The notes beneath the pieces were generated by a model. That model had not been told where the DNA came from. It saw nothing but the letters and a program-made list of their open reading frames with translations, and searched no databases. A stretch of 8,493 nucleotides of DNA from IMG/VR virus record IMGVR_UViG_2541047885_000003; one strand, written 5' to 3'. A program made the translations under genes and the position numbers. Positions 7,408 through 8,493 of the stretch are shown in pieces. The stretch comes from a virus (lineage: Duplodnaviria; Heunggongvirae; Uroviricota; Caudoviricetes). Position 1 is the stretch's first letter; every line of letters starts with the position of its first letter.

Positions 7408-7893
7408 TTGAAAGAGCATCTTCAGCGGCCTGAAGAAAAACGCCGCGATGAGCAGTTTGCTGCGTTTGACGATTATTGTCGGAAAGTGATGAGCAGAAAT
7501 CTCGCAGAGTGTTTCAGTATTCATAATGATAATTTCAGTGAGCTGGAATGGGAGTGTAACCGGCCATCCTTTGTTGTATCCGGTGATGCTGGGAAAATAA
7601 CCATCTCAGAAAATGGGAAAGTAACACCTCCATCGCACCAGCACAGTGAGGAGCTCATTGAATTTGCCATTGATTACCTGAAGAACAATAAAAAGCAGGG
7701 GCTGATGAAGCGCGTTGGCCGTTGCATGGGATATCTTCAGGTAGCCGCTGAGATTGAAGCGCTGGCCAGTGGTGCTGATAAGGATGCAATTGTGCGGGAG
7801 GCTCTTCTTCGTGATTTTAATACTCCACCCTTTAAAAAAGTGCCGGCTTACTGGCTTCATCCGGGGCTGACTTATCTTAAAGTGCGTATTTAG
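7408..7893 (+). CDS. hypothetical protein (161 aa from TTG 7408; 134 aa if ATG 7489 is used)
   Basis: Long open frame filling the gap up to the endolysin; no convincing SD for either start. No family recognised. Confidence 0.45.
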   Translation: MKEHLQRPEEKRRDEQFAAFDDYCRKVMSRNLAECFSIHNDNFSELEWECNRPSFVVSGDAGKITISENGKVTPPSHQHSEELIEFAIDYLKNNKKQGLMKRVGRCMGYLQVAAEIEALASGADKDAIVREALLRDFNTPPFKKVPAYWLHPGLTYLKVRI

Positions 7894-7929
7894 TGGGCCA
7901 GGGACAGCGGCTGAATATTTAATATATCC

Positions 7930-8463
7930 ATGAACACCAAAATCAAATACGGCCTGTCGGCTGCCGTTCTGGCGCTGATTGCCGCTGGTGCGCCTGCGCC
8001 TGACATTCTCGACCAGTTTCTGGATGAAAAGGAAGGCAACCACACCACAGCATACCGTGATGGTGCAGGTATCTGGACCATCTGCCGTGGTGCCATCATG
8101 GTGGATGGCAAACCTGTCGTTCCGGGCATGAAGTTGTCGAAGGAAAAATGCGACCAGGTTAACGCCATTGAGCGTGATAAAGCGCTGGCGTGGGTGGAGA
8201 AAAACATCAGAGTGCCGCTGACCGAACCCCAGAAAGCGGGGATCGCGTCATTCTGTCCGTACAACATTGGTCCCGGTAAGTGTTTCCCGTCGACGTTTTA
8301 CAGACGAATTAATGCTGGTGATCGAAAAGGTGCCTGCGAAGCGATTCGCTGGTGGATTAAGGACGGTGGCAGAGACTGCCGTATTCGTTCAAACAACTGT
8401 TACGGTCAGGTATCCCGTCGTGACCAGGAGAGCGCGCTGGCGTGCTGGGGTATCGACAGATAA
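7930..8463 (+). CDS. R: SAR endolysin (T4-lysozyme-type muramidase with N-terminal signal-anchor-release domain)
   Basis: N-terminal Gly/Ala-rich weakly hydrophobic segment GLSAAVLALIAAGA (SAR-like), then E-x8-D-x5-T spacing (EGNHTTAYRDGAGIWT) matching the T4 lysozyme catalytic triad; matches my memory of Stx-phage R proteins. Confidence 0.9.
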   Translation: MNTKIKYGLSAAVLALIAAGAPAPDILDQFLDEKEGNHTTAYRDGAGIWTICRGAIMVDGKPVVPGMKLSKEKCDQVNAIERDKALAWVEKNIRVPLTEPQKAGIASFCPYNIGPGKCFPSTFYRRINAGDRKGACEAIRWWIKDGGRDCRIRSNNCYGQVSRRDQESALACWGIDR

Positions 8464-8493
8464 GCAGAATATTTTGCTGAAAAATGAGGAATG

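Noticed and set aside
629-8267. Minus-strand track ORFs lying inside + strand genes (629-958, 873-1136, 1219-1482, 1365-1556, 1816-2010, 2007-2351, 2463-2762, 4507-4704, 4746-5060, 5582-5800, 5596-5796, 5628-5831, 5832-6128, 6347-6598, 6385-6618, 7606-8043, 7890-8267)
   Set aside because: All are antisense to well-supported + strand genes (rusA, Q, nanS-p, holin, endolysin and others), lack RBSs, and have odd Arg/Ser/Cys-rich composition typical of shadow ORFs.
1-8493. CRISPR arrays or other tandem repeats
   Set aside because: No regularly spaced direct repeats were seen; the only repeat-like structures are terminator hairpins and the IS186 terminal repeat.

Overview
This window reads as the nin / late-control / lysis segment of a lambdoid prophage from an Escherichia/Shigella-type genome, with all phage genes on the + strand. 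Order: partial IS186 (transposase on - strand, element end at 342) -> intrinsic terminator -> small ORF -> disrupted DUF968/HNH-like gene -> rusA -> Q-like antiterminator -> tR'-like terminator -> small winged-helix-like ORF with its own terminator -> ~350 bp non-coding stretch ending in another terminator -> ~580 bp AT-rich island carrying a convergently oriented ORFan with its own promoter-like and RBS signals -> nanS-p-like sialate O-acetylesterase split by a frameshift at an A7 tract -> two small ORFs -> class II holin -> two unknown ORFs -> SAR endolysin. The layout is that of Stx-converting phages, but I find no stx genes and no tRNA genes. The two places I would look first for something undescribed are the AT-rich ORFan island at the stx-equivalent position (3447-4030) and the two-gene insert between holin and endolysin (6905-7893). 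All family assignments are from reading the translations and from memory of these families; nothing was searched.
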